Assembly (NCBI RefSeq): GCF_004010195.1
Contig: NC_057720.1
Span: 32,060,590 to 32,124,589 of the forward strand
DNA from: Chiloscyllium plagiosum
Lineage: Eukaryota
Direction of reading: 5' to 3'
DNA: 64,000 bases
Made by a program: the position numbers and the translations under genes. The notes below the pieces were generated by a model. It had not been told where the DNA came from. It did no database searches and saw only the letters and a program-made list of their open reading frames with translations. Positions 25,805-36,517 of this stretch are shown piece after piece. Numbering within the stretch: the stretch's first letter is position 1; the number at the start of each line of letters is the position of its first letter.

Positions 25805-26641
25805 GGTGTAGTGGACAGTGAAGAGGGTTACCTCAGATTACAACAGGATCTGGACCAGATGGGCCAATGGGCTGAGAAGTGGCAGATGGAGTTTAATTCA
25901 GATAAATGCGAGGTGCTGCATTTTGGGAAAGCAAATCTTAGCAGGTCTTATACACTTAATGGTAAGGTCCGAGGGAGTGTTGCTGAACAAAGAGACCTTG
26001 GAGTGCAGGTTCATAGCTCCTTGAAAGTAGAGTTGCAGGTAGAAAGCATAGTGAAGAAGGCGTTAGATATGCTTTCCTTTATTGGTCAGAGCATTGAGTA
26101 TAGGAGTTGGGAGGTCATGTGACTGTATAGGATGTTGGTTAGGCCACTGCTGGAATATTGCGTGTAGTTCTGGTCTCCTTCCTATTGGAAAGATGTTGTG
26201 AAACTTGAAAGGGTTCAGAAAGGATTTCCAAGGACGTTGCCAGGATTGGAGCATTTGAGCTACAGGGAGAGGCTGAACAGTCTGCGGCTGTTTTCCCTGG
26301 AGTGTGGAGGCTGAGGGGGTAACCTCATAGAGGTTTATAAAATCATGAGGGACATGGTTAGGATAAATAGACAAAGTATTTTCCCTGGGGTAGGGTAGTC
26401 CAGAATTAGGGGGCATAAATTTAGGGTGAGAGGGGAGAGATATAAAAGAGCCCTAAGGGGCAGCTTTTTCACTGAGAGGGTGGTACATGTATGGAATGAG
26501 CTGCCAGAGGAAGTGGTGGAGGCCGATACAATTGTAAGGCATTTGGATGGGTATATGAATAGGAAGGATTTAGAGGGATACGAGCCAAGTGCTGGCAAAT
26601 GGGACAAGTTGGACCGAAGGGTCTGACTCTATGACTCTATG
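25805..26641 (+). mobile_element. CR1/HER1 3' portion of ORF2 and tail
   Basis: LQQDLDQMGQWAEKWQMEFNSDKCEVLHFG...RDLGV; tail ctctatgactctat. Confidence 0.9.
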
Positions 26642-27299
26642 GTCATGAGTGGAGAGGCCAGGCAATGGAGAAGTACCAAGAAAGAAATGATGATAAAGAC
26701 ACAAGTGATTTCACACTTGCAAGGTTAAGTAAGGGGGATGTAGTGGGTTAGTGATAATGTCAGGAGCCAAGAAATCTAAAGGCCCAGGCTTTAAGCTGTG
26801 GGGATTTGGGTTCATATGGAATTTAAACTCAATGAATAACTCGAATGAAGAGCTAGTTTCAGTAATGGCGGCCATGAATTGTAAAAATGCATTTGGTTCA
26901 CTAATATCCTTCAGGATCATACCAAGTCTGGCTGAAATGTGACTCTAAACCCAGAGCAATGTGTTTGACTGCTGTGGACTGAATGCCTAATTTGATTTTC
27001 TGAGTAAGTTCAATGTCCTACTTGGTGGGCTGCTGACCCTCACTCTGGAGAGCTTTTCCAACCACTGCAAAATCATGAAATGAATGAAAATACACCCGGT
27101 AGCATTGATTCAGGCCTTCCCTCCAGGTCACTACATCAAAATCCTCAAACTCCCTTCCTCACAGTACTGTGGATGTACCTACACTCTAAGGATGTAGTGC
27201 CTCAAAAAGACAACTTAACAATGGCAACTGGGGATTCTCCACAAATCGAGGTAACTGGGAAAGCCTCCATTTCAGTCTTGTGTTTCTATGTCTGATAAT

Positions 27300-28140
27300 A
27301 ATTGTAATGGATAAAGGTGAAAAGGTGAGCTGTGAGGTGGATGTAGAGATGTTGTAGTGTGATTTGGACAGGCTGATTGAGTGGGAAATGCATGGCAGAT
27401 GCAGTATAATGTGGACAAATGCAAGGTACTTTGGTACAAAAAATAGGAAGGTAGATTATTATTTGAATGGCTGCATATTAGGAGAGAGGAATCTTCAATG
27501 GGATCTGAGTGTCCTTGTGTACCCCTTACTGAAAGTAAGCATGCAGGCAGTCAGGAAGGTAAACTGTGTGTTGGCCTTCATGTGCAGGAACAAGGATGCC
27601 TTGCTACAATTTACAGGACATTGGTGAGGATACACCTGGAATATTGTGCGCAGTTTTGGTCTCCTTTTCTGAGGAAGGATGTTTTTGCTATAGAGGGAGT
27701 CCAGTGAAGGTCTAACAGATTGATGCATGAGACGGCAGGCCTGACGTATAAGGAGAAATTGAGTTGGTTAAGATTATATTAATTAGAACTTAGAAGAATG
27801 AGGGGTATCTCATGGAAACCTATAAAATTCTAATGGACTAGACAGATTAGATGCAGGATGTTCCCAATCGTGGAAGAATCAGAACCAGAGTCATAGTTTA
27901 AGCATGAAGGGTAAATCTTTTAGGACTGAGATGATAAGAAATTTCTTCTCCTAGAGAATAGTGAACCAATCGAATTCACTACCAGAGAAAATGGTCAGGA
28001 TAAAACTTTGTGTTTTCAAGATGGAGGTAGATTTAGCTCTTGTGGCAGGATTAGGATATTGATGAGCCGTGGTCATTTTGAATGGAAGAGCAGGATCGAG
28101 GGGTCAAATGGCCTACTCCTGTTCCTTTCTTCTGTTTCTA
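27300..28140 (+). mobile_element. Old CR1 3' fragment
   Basis: DLSVLV...LVRIHLEYCAQFWSP. Confidence 0.8.
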
Positions 28141-28830
28141 TAATACACGGGGTTGTGATACCCATCTGGTTGATCCAGGAAGATCATAGCTCCCAATACT
28201 GTAGCTGACACATTAAGGGATTCTGAATCTTTCTGGATATATTGAGACATAAGCATTTAGTATCTTTCTTCATTTAATGCTGTATTGCAACTATGATGGT
28301 TGAAAAAGACAAATTTTAGTGAACTAAGCCAATTTGGGATGTCATATCCTTAAACCTTTTAAAAGCCTCTACATACAGATTCCTACACTATCCCTGCTTT
28401 TTCTTGAGAATTGTTACAAGGGTTCTGTAGTAGTTGCCCAAGTGAGGCAAAATTGCAATAACTGGTTTAGTATTTCTCAGAACCTTTGAAGATTCTGGAC
28501 AGACTTAGAGTGAGGAGCTCCATAATGGATTTAGTCTTCTGGGAATCCATCATTCTATCTTCAGTGTCCCAAAAACTGAATTGATTCCTAGGCGAATTCA
28601 CCCTTGTCTTTAATGGTGAGCCTTCCTGCTTGTAAGTGTCTTAAAGCTGCATGTGCTCTCTAATCTTGCTTTTCAACTGTTTCCCATGGATCAGTATGTC
28701 ATCCATGTGGCATCAACCTCTGTGAAGGTCTTGTAAAATATTGGCACAGTTCATTGTAATTCTTTGGGGCAACGATGATCTCAAATGATCATCTAATGAT
28801 TCAAAATCCCCCAAATGGAGTTATGCTCAC

Positions 28831-28957
28831 TCCTGATGAAAGGCTTACACCTGAAATGTTGACTCTCCTGCTCCTCAGATGCTGCCTGACCTGCTGTGCT
28901 TTTCAGTGCCACACTTTTTGACTGACTCTTCATATTTGCAGTCTTCACTTTCACCTG
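28831..28957 (+). mobile_element. Penelope-like fragment, degenerate hammerhead (family C)
   Basis: cctgatgaaaggcttacacctgaaatgttg...gatgctgcctgacctgctg. Confidence 0.7.
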
Positions 28958-29120
28958 ATAAGCAATCTTGGTTGGTCATCAAATGACACCTATTGGAACT
29001 CACTATTTGCATCAGGTTTTGTGGAAACTCTATTTTTGGATAATGCTTTTGGATAGCTCTCATCAACTTTAGACATAGGTTGCAATTCTCTTGCCTCCAC
29101 CTTGTTGAGTTGTACGTACA

Positions 29121-29442
29121 TTTAGATTAGATTACTTACAGTGTGGAAACAGGCCCTTCGGCCCAACAAGTCCACACCGACCCGCCGAAGCGCAACCCAC
29201 CCAGACCCATTCTCCTACATTTACCCCTTCGCCTAACACTATGGGCAATTTAGCCTGGCCAATTCACCTAACCTGCACATTTTTGGACTATGGGAGGAAA
29301 CCGGAGCACCCGGAGGAAACCCACTCAGACACGGGGAGAATGTGCAAACTCCACACAGTCAGTCGCCTGAGGCAGGAATTGAACCCGGGTCTCTGGCACT
29401 GTGAGGCAGCAGTGCTAACCACTGTGCCACTGTGCTGCCCAC
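29121..29442 (-). mobile_element. HE1-type V-SINE
   Basis: Same SINE structure. Confidence 0.9.
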
Positions 29443-30893
29443 CAAGTAAAGTTTGAGTAATAAAGTTAGGCTTGGATACCGTAACCATGCCTGAGCACCA
29501 CTCGGCTGATTTGGCCACCAAGAAAATGATGTGCATTCTTGTTATCTCTGCAAATTGCATCGTGATTTCTTTCATTAAGGGATACTGAATCTTTCTGGAT
29601 ATATAGAGACATAAGTGTTAGTATGTTTCTTCATTTAATACTATATTCAGTATTGAGCAATCTTGATTGTGACATCTATGTCGGCTTTCTACTATATGAT
29701 GTTGAAGAGCTGCTTGTAGCATACCTTTAAACTCAAGCGCTATGATTCCTGGATCATGTATTTGTTCTGTCTTTGGCAGTGGGTAATATGTTCTCAACCA
29801 TGTCTCACTACTTGATAACATAATGGCATTTGCTTTGGTATCTAACTCAAAATTTGTGAGTTGACCATTGAATAAATATGAGCTGACCAAAATGTAAGAC
29901 CTGGATCACTTATTTACCCTAGGAATACTTGACGTTTTTAATTCTGTTGTCTACTATTCCACCTCATTAACCACTTTGTGTGGGTTCCAAACCATTATTT
30001 GACCTTCTACTTTTCTGAACTTGTGTCCTACTTCTGCACATTTTCTGAAAGTGACATAATGTGTGACAGATAAAGCACTCACTTTTAGTAGTTGGGCACT
30101 GTCTCTGCTTGTGCAGTTTCTTTACTCCACAGACTTGATATGGATTTCCAGTGCCTGGTGTGTGTCCTACTCACTGTACAGTTTTCATATATGTGTTGTT
30201 TGTGGTTTTGCGGTTTTGTAGCTTTAGAATTAAATGGACTCTGCTGATCTCCTGTGTCAAGGTTGATCTTCTTCATGGAATGATTTTGTTGCTTCTGTAT
30301 TTCTACTTCACTTACTATCTGAAAGACATTCTCTAGAGAAAGATCTTCTTTGGTCTGTAATATGTCTGACAAAGAGCATTGCAATTCCTACACCGATTCT
30401 ATCTCTATTGCATTCTGAAGTCACCACAGTCTGATTTCTCTACCAATCTGTAGAGATCATTAATGAAATCATCTATGAATTTCCCTGAATGCCAAATTCT
30501 TTTTCTTACTTTTTGAATAATTTTATTAGCGCTGAGATTCAATGCATTTTTCAAAGGTTTTTGGTACTTCATCTAAAGTCTCTTTTTTATCCCTTGGTAA
30601 GTTATAATGTCATTAGCTGTACTCCCAATTGTGTATAGAATTATATTTACTTATTCAGCTTCTGATTTAGTAACTTGGAAACTATTCAATATCTTAGAAA
30701 TTGTTTTCTCCAACATATCCAAATCTATGTCATTTTGGCTCATTGCTGGAATTATGATTTCTGGTCAATATTGTTTGTGATACTATATCTTCACAATGTG
30801 ATTGTACTGTTGAGATTGTGTGCTTATGTCCGTGAACTATGTAGAAAAGACTTGAATATGTTGAAATGTTTGGAGGAAACTATGGCAGCTGAT

Positions 30894-30908
30894 GGTTGCT
30901 AAGCAACC
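30894..30908. promoter_or_regulatory. RFX X-box-like palindrome
   Basis: GGTTGCTAAGCAACC resembles the X-box consensus GTTGCY-N-RGCAAC; about 4.7 kb upstream of the first confident LRR exon. Confidence 0.35.
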
Positions 30909-33169
30909 CTAGGTTAGATTTCTGTGCTGACCATATAGGGAAGGGCAGCAAAAAAAGTAACAGCATTTTGGATAGCTGCAATAACAAGTAAAAAAAGCCA
31001 CAGCACACTCGCTGTCTTTTTCCTGTGTTTTTTAAAAAGTTCCACTCCTAATTACTTGGTCTACCTTTGCCAACCTTAAAAGATTAAGCTGTATGTTCAA
31101 AGGCCTAGATCTAACTGGGTTTCTATCCAGAACAAAACTTTGTGTGAAAAATTTTCCATTGGCCTGTCAGAGATTCAGTTTCATTCACAAAAGCTTCTGA
31201 GAGGACTAATCAAACTTTACTTTACGTTTCAAGTCCAGTGACCATTCTTCAGAAATCAGGACGTTTTTCCAGCAATTTCTGTTCTTGTTTCAGATTTTCA
31301 GCATCCACAGTTCTTTGTTTTATCAAACATTATCCCTTGTTTCACTAGCCATTGCAGAATGAGTGCATTTACCTTTTTTAAATACAATTTCTGCAGAGCT
31401 GTAAATCCTGTCTGTGGGTGAATGTGTCTGTTTGAGTTTAAAAGGGATGTAGTCTTAGTTAGCGTAGGACTAATTAATCACCCATTTTGCTGCTTGTTAA
31501 AGAATAAATATTGATGAAACTTGGTGTGAGTCATTTAACAATGAAGTTAACAGTGAAAGAAAATCAGTTTAACCATCTTGATGGTTCGTTTAGACATTTA
31601 TACTTTTGGAATGACTTGAGGAGTAGTGGGCCTTGATTACCAGTGCTCCCATTTGAGTCAGAGCAATACATTTTGCTTATTCAAAAGCCTTTTATTTTAC
31701 GGTTATAGAAATTCTGCATCTCTTTGCTACAAATAAGTTTTTCCACAATTTTGTGACTGAAACAAAGGTTTCCCACCTGCTTGCAGCTAATGTGCAGCAT
31801 TCCTGCCTCTTGTGACTAACATAGAGGATTCTTGCCCATCACAGTCAGATGGGAAATATTTCCTCTTTTTCACTCCATGAATCTCTGCTGTCCTCACAAA
31901 TGATTTCTGCTTTCTTAACAGCTTTATTTAATGATTCCTGCTTTAAGCATACTTTACTGGATTATTTCTGCTCCTCACAGCTCAAATAAATGCCTTTATT
32001 GAAGCTCTCCTGAAGGTTCTCCCTCTCTTTTCAAAGCCTGAACAAAGTTTCACAAACTTTATGACCCCGTTAGACCAAGTCTGTCTTGGCTACTAATCTC
32101 CCCGTGTTATCACTTTACTCACTTTGTGATGTACCTGGAACTGTGACCTCAGCTTCATTGCAAGCTCTCTTACAGTGCCTAATAATAACTGCTTGGTATG
32201 GTGGCAACATTCAATCTAAGCTGTAAGAAATTTGTAACTTTGCACTTTTCCAGCCTGGATTTAAACTTTTCCCTAACCCTCCGGGGATTTCAAGCTTTAA
32301 CTGCGAAGCCTTCGATGTCAGTTTGTTTGCTGTTGAACTCCACATGGTACCAATCCCACCACCTCACAATGCAGACAGATTATTTTGGAGTTACTTATTC
32401 TCTTCTCATGTCTGAAATACTTTCACCATTCACTGGAGTATTCTTCCTCACTTGAGGATTGATGCTGGGTGAGGGGGCTTACTTCTGTGGAATTCTTATA
32501 TTTCAGCTTTTCCCAGCTGCTGACTGTATGAGCTGGGGATTTAAAGAAGAGTTGGAAAATCATAGATTGCTGCTCACCATGTGCTGTGAGCTACACATTA
32601 AATTCCCACTGCTGCCTGCCATGTTGTGTGGGCATGCCAACTCACTGCACTGTATGAGTTGCCACTCATGATGAAGGTCCTGGTTGGTCTGTTGTTGCAG
32701 AGAAAACCCACTTCCTCTTTAACTGGAAGAGTCTCTTGCATGTTAGCAACTCAAGTCACATTGAGGCTTGGGGAGGAGCAGATGTTAGTTAGTTCACCCT
32801 TCTTCAAGACCCTAGGCCGTTCTGTCCATGTGGACAATTGACATCATTGTAGTGGGCAGTGCTTATAGCATTCCTCAATGTTAAAACATTTCAGAGTCTT
32901 TCAGATTTCAGATCCATATACAACAACCATCAGCTATGCAACCTACCTACTATCCTTCCAGCCAGTTGTCAACGCGCCCCCTTACCCACTTATGTACCAA
33001 ACATGTTCGCATACTCACCTTACCCCCTTACTCACTTATTTGCACAAACACAAATTTTTCAAAGAAGCTTTGGGCTGTTTGAATTCTTTGAGTACTGGCA
33101 TTGAGCAACTAATGTCATAAAAGTGGAGAGTGGCTTCATCCACGCATTCTCTGTGCTGATTCCTCCAAG

Positions 33170-33234
33170 GATATCTGTTCTGTGGATTCTCAGTGATACT
33201 CCACTGGACGGTCCCTCAGAAAAATCATTGCAAG
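33170..33234 (+). other. Candidate upstream exon of the LRR gene
   Basis: Consensus donor CAAG|GTAAGT at 33234; open phase-0 frame GYLFCGFSVILHWTVPQKNHCK joins the exon at 35635; acceptor is weak. Confidence 0.3.
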
Positions 33235-33598
33235 GTAAGTGTTTAATTTTTTTTGTCTGATCATGGTTAGAAATAGGCACTTCAATCCCGATCGGCTGGT
33301 CTAAATCAATATTGACTGGCATTTCAAAACAGTATTGTTGGTATGTTATGTTGTTGGAGGTGCACATTTCAGGTCAAACATTATATAAAGACTTCAATTT
33401 CCATCTCAGTTGAAAGTCTGTTGGCGCTATTAAAATCAAAGTAAGCTAGCTTTCCCACAGTCCTGGCCATAAGTTTTACCTCAGTTAAAGTCTCCAAACG
33501 TAACTGATCATTTGACTGTAGCAGAGAGTCAGCCCAGTCATGAGGGCTGAATGTCTTCCTTCTGCACCATCACACAGCAACATCTTAGGGACAGAGTA

Positions 33599-33815
33599 CA
33601 GGTTGTTCTTGTATAACGCGATGGTTGTGCTGTTGTGCAAGTCCGCATTATAGAAAACTCACACTTTAGAAACGGAGCTTAAAGAATTGGCGATGTAATT
33701 GTGTTACAGCCAACACACGCTTTAAAAGTTTTTGCTTTAGAAACAGTGTCCCCATTCCTCAATCGCATTACAGCAAATTCTCGTTAACAAAACAAACATT
33801 ATAGAGAATGAACTG
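33599..33815. mobile_element. Tc1/mariner-pogo-type MITE
   Basis: Imperfect TIRs caggttgttcttgtataacg / cattatagagaatgaactg, flanked by TA on both sides (33597-98, 33816-17). Confidence 0.65.
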
Positions 33816-33893
33816 TACCAAGATACAATCCTTAGTTACAGAATACAGAAATGAAGAAAAAAAGTTACATCACAGCTATACCCAATATCTATA

Positions 33894-33980
33894 CCTGATG
33901 AAGGGCTTTTGCCTGAAACATCAATTTTCCTGCTCCTCGGATGCTGCCTGAACTGCTGTGCTTTTCCAGCACCACTCTAA
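33894..33980 (+). mobile_element. Penelope-like fragment with hammerhead core (family C)
   Basis: cctgatgaagggcttttgcctgaaacatc... Confidence 0.7.
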
Positions 33981-34129
33981 CACAGTATAGCCATAGGTCA
34001 GAAAACAAGAAGCAAAGTTAAAAAGACAACATCGAGTCTCTTTCTAAGGGCTGTCTGCACCAGACCAGAGCAGGTGGCCTCCACATGGTTTGACCACTGG
34101 CTGTCATCACATTCTGTACTGAGCTGCTC

Positions 34130-34755
34130 CCCCTGCTCCGCACTGGGCCAATGGTTGCTGGTGCCCTGGCTGTGGACCATGGTCACTGCTACCCCTGCTC
34201 CAGACCCTGGTCATCAGTGTCCCCGTTCCAAACCCTGGTCACTGGTGCTCCCTCTCCGTACCCTGGTCATCAGTGCCCCCGCTCTGGACCCTGGTCACTG
34301 GTGACCCCACTCCTTACCCTGGTCACTGGTGACCCCGCTCGAGACCCTGGTCACTGGTGACCCCACTCTGGACACTGGTCACTGGTGTCCCCACTCCTTA
34401 CCGTGGTCGCTGGTGACTCCGCTCCTTAGCCTGGTCACTGGTGCCCCCACTCCTTAGCCTGGTCGCTGGTGCCCCCACTCCATACCCTGATCATTGGTGA
34501 CCCCAATCCTTACCCTGATCACTGGTGCCCCCACTCCTTACTCTGGTCACTGGTGCCCCCACCCCTTATTCTGGTCACTGGTGTCCTCATTCTGGATCCT
34601 GGTCGCTGATGCCCCCACTCCTTATTCTGGTCACTGGTGCCCCCACTCCTTACCCTGGTCACTGGTGACCCCACTCTGTACTCTGGTCACTGGTGACCCC
34701 ACACTGTACTCTGGTCACTGGTGACCCCACTCCTTACCCTGGTCACTGGTGTCCC
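34130..34755. repeat. 28-bp minisatellite, about 22 copies
   Basis: Unit accctggtcactggtgaccccactcctt. Confidence 0.95.
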
Positions 34756-35634
34756 TGATTTGGGCCGCCACCTGAGACCCTGATTCAGGGGCTGGGAGTT
34801 GGAGACCAAGAGTCCGAGAAGACAGAAGACAGGGGAGGAGAAGAAAACCACAGCAGGGAGGAAAGGGTGGAGGAAAAGAAGAAAAGGATGGGCAGAACGG
34901 ATGAGCTCCAGCTGGAGCATCCTACTCTGCTATATTTTATCGGGAGTAAGTATTATCTTTGTCAAATCATAGCCCCACCTATCTTCAATTCTGCTTCCTC
35001 ACTAAATATTTCAAAATATTTAACCATTCTGGGTCCAGAAGTGGCTGTTTATTTTCAAGTCTGTAACATATATATGCAGAGCCATTCCATCCTCTTTTTT
35101 TATTCTTCATAAACATGTACAGTGCACCTTTTCTGGATGAATAGCTCCATAGGGGAGCTGAGAAGTACAGACAAGGAAGGCCCCATTCTCAATCCTCATT
35201 CTGAGCTCGGTGGTAATATGCCTTTGTACAGTTAAGGTTTCACATATCTGTAAAAAAAATCCTTTCACCTGAAAGAAGAAATTACTGTTCAATCATTTTG
35301 CTCTTGTCTGATCTTACTTAATCGCTCACATTGCTTAGAAGGGCTAGGGGTTTCTTGGTTTCAGCTGGTCTCAATAGTGATCAACTTCACTGACAGCAAA
35401 GAGTGCCACTCATCCCCTGGTCTAGAATTGTGATGTTACAATGGTCAAGAAATGAAATGTTAGCTCGGAAGCATTCTGATACCAGTGCGAAACAATTGGA
35501 ACAGTCTATTGCTGAGATGTCTCCTGCTCCTTGGATGCTGCCTGACCTGCTGTAATTTTCCAGTTCCACACTTGTTGACTATTTCTGAAATGTGCTGATT
35601 TGCCATATCTACCAGTTTACTTTTTCTCTGACAG

Positions 35635-35704
35635 CTATTGAAAACATCATCTCAAAAATCTTTGAATTCTGCGCAGTACCTTGACTTATCAGGAAACGAC
35701 ATCA
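35635..35704 (+). CDS. Exon of uncharacterised SDS22-like LRR protein (LLKTSSQKSLNSAQYLDLSGNDI)
   Basis: Acceptor ttttctctgacag, donor gtaagt, phase 0 to 1; LRR motif YLDLSGN. Confidence 0.85.
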
Positions 35705-35880
35705 GTAAGTTGACTTTTTTTTCTTTCCTGATAAAGTTTAGTTTGTGTCATTTTAACATTTTACTTCACAACTTTGTCAAAGTTTTCACTGACAGATTTT
35801 GGTGGCCAAATGGTCAGGATGGAAATGATCTTCACCTAGAATACCAATTAACATAACAAAACAATATCTCCTACTGATCC

Positions 35881-35978
35881 ATTCCTGATGAAGGGCTTAT
35901 GCCTGAAATGTTGATTCCCCTGCTCCTTGGATGCTGCCTGACCTGCTGTGCTTTTCCAGCACCACACTCTCGACTCTG
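35881..35978 (+). mobile_element. Penelope-like fragment, degenerate hammerhead (family C)
   Basis: attcctgatgaagggcttatgcctgaaatgttg... Confidence 0.7.
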
Positions 35979-36517
35979 TCCCACTGATTGTGTTTAGTGA
36001 GGGTCTTGTGGTGCAGTTGTGTCCCTATCTCAAGTCCCATCTGTCTGAGCAGGTTAATGAAAAACTTTCTAGAATTATTTTCCAAGATACTATCAACCGC
36101 ATAGATTTGTTGATTTGCTTTGAAATGTAGTTAGTCAGCATGACTCAATTTGCCTCTTCCCAAAACCTACATGAAAATGTAGGTTAGATGACAAGGTGAA
36201 CCAAAATGCTGATAGTAAAATGTTAACTTTAAGTTTAAATGCCTCAGAATTATAGAACAACTGCAAATCTGCATGGGATAGGATATTCCAAATCTTTAAG
36301 AGAATGGGAAAGGATGAATGAATGTAGAAGTTACGACGTTCAATGATAATTTTCAGGTAATGAACCATTAAATAAACTTGGAACTGAAGTAGGTAATACA
36401 AATTTGTAGATTGAACTCAGTCTGTACAACCATCTGATCCATGTACACTTATATATTAGAAAATAATTAACAAATTTGTTGGAGGAGGTAAAAACAACTT
36501 TTTTAAAAAGAGGAAGG

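Larger units (their letters stand above)
28150..30760 (-). mobile_element. Decayed Gypsy LTR-retrotransposon gag-pol, interrupted by a SINE and a hammerhead element
   Basis: Minus strand: gag VNIILYTIG, RDRIGVGI, LSDILQTKEDLSLE; protease-like FELDTKA; RT ITPFG and CHMDDILIHG (about 28683-28713). Confidence 0.75.

Noticed and set aside
24816..26122. Long ORFs of 331 and 326 aa
   Set aside because: Artefacts of translating through the N gap between two CR1 fragments
31880..32460. Possible further LTR-retrotransposon pol remnant (also about 53900-54600)
   Set aside because: Only a vague resemblance; no diagnostic motif readable
34130..34755. CRISPR-like periodic array with a palindromic unit
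   Set aside because: Units are contiguous with no unique spacers, there are no cas genes and the context is eukaryotic: a minisatellite
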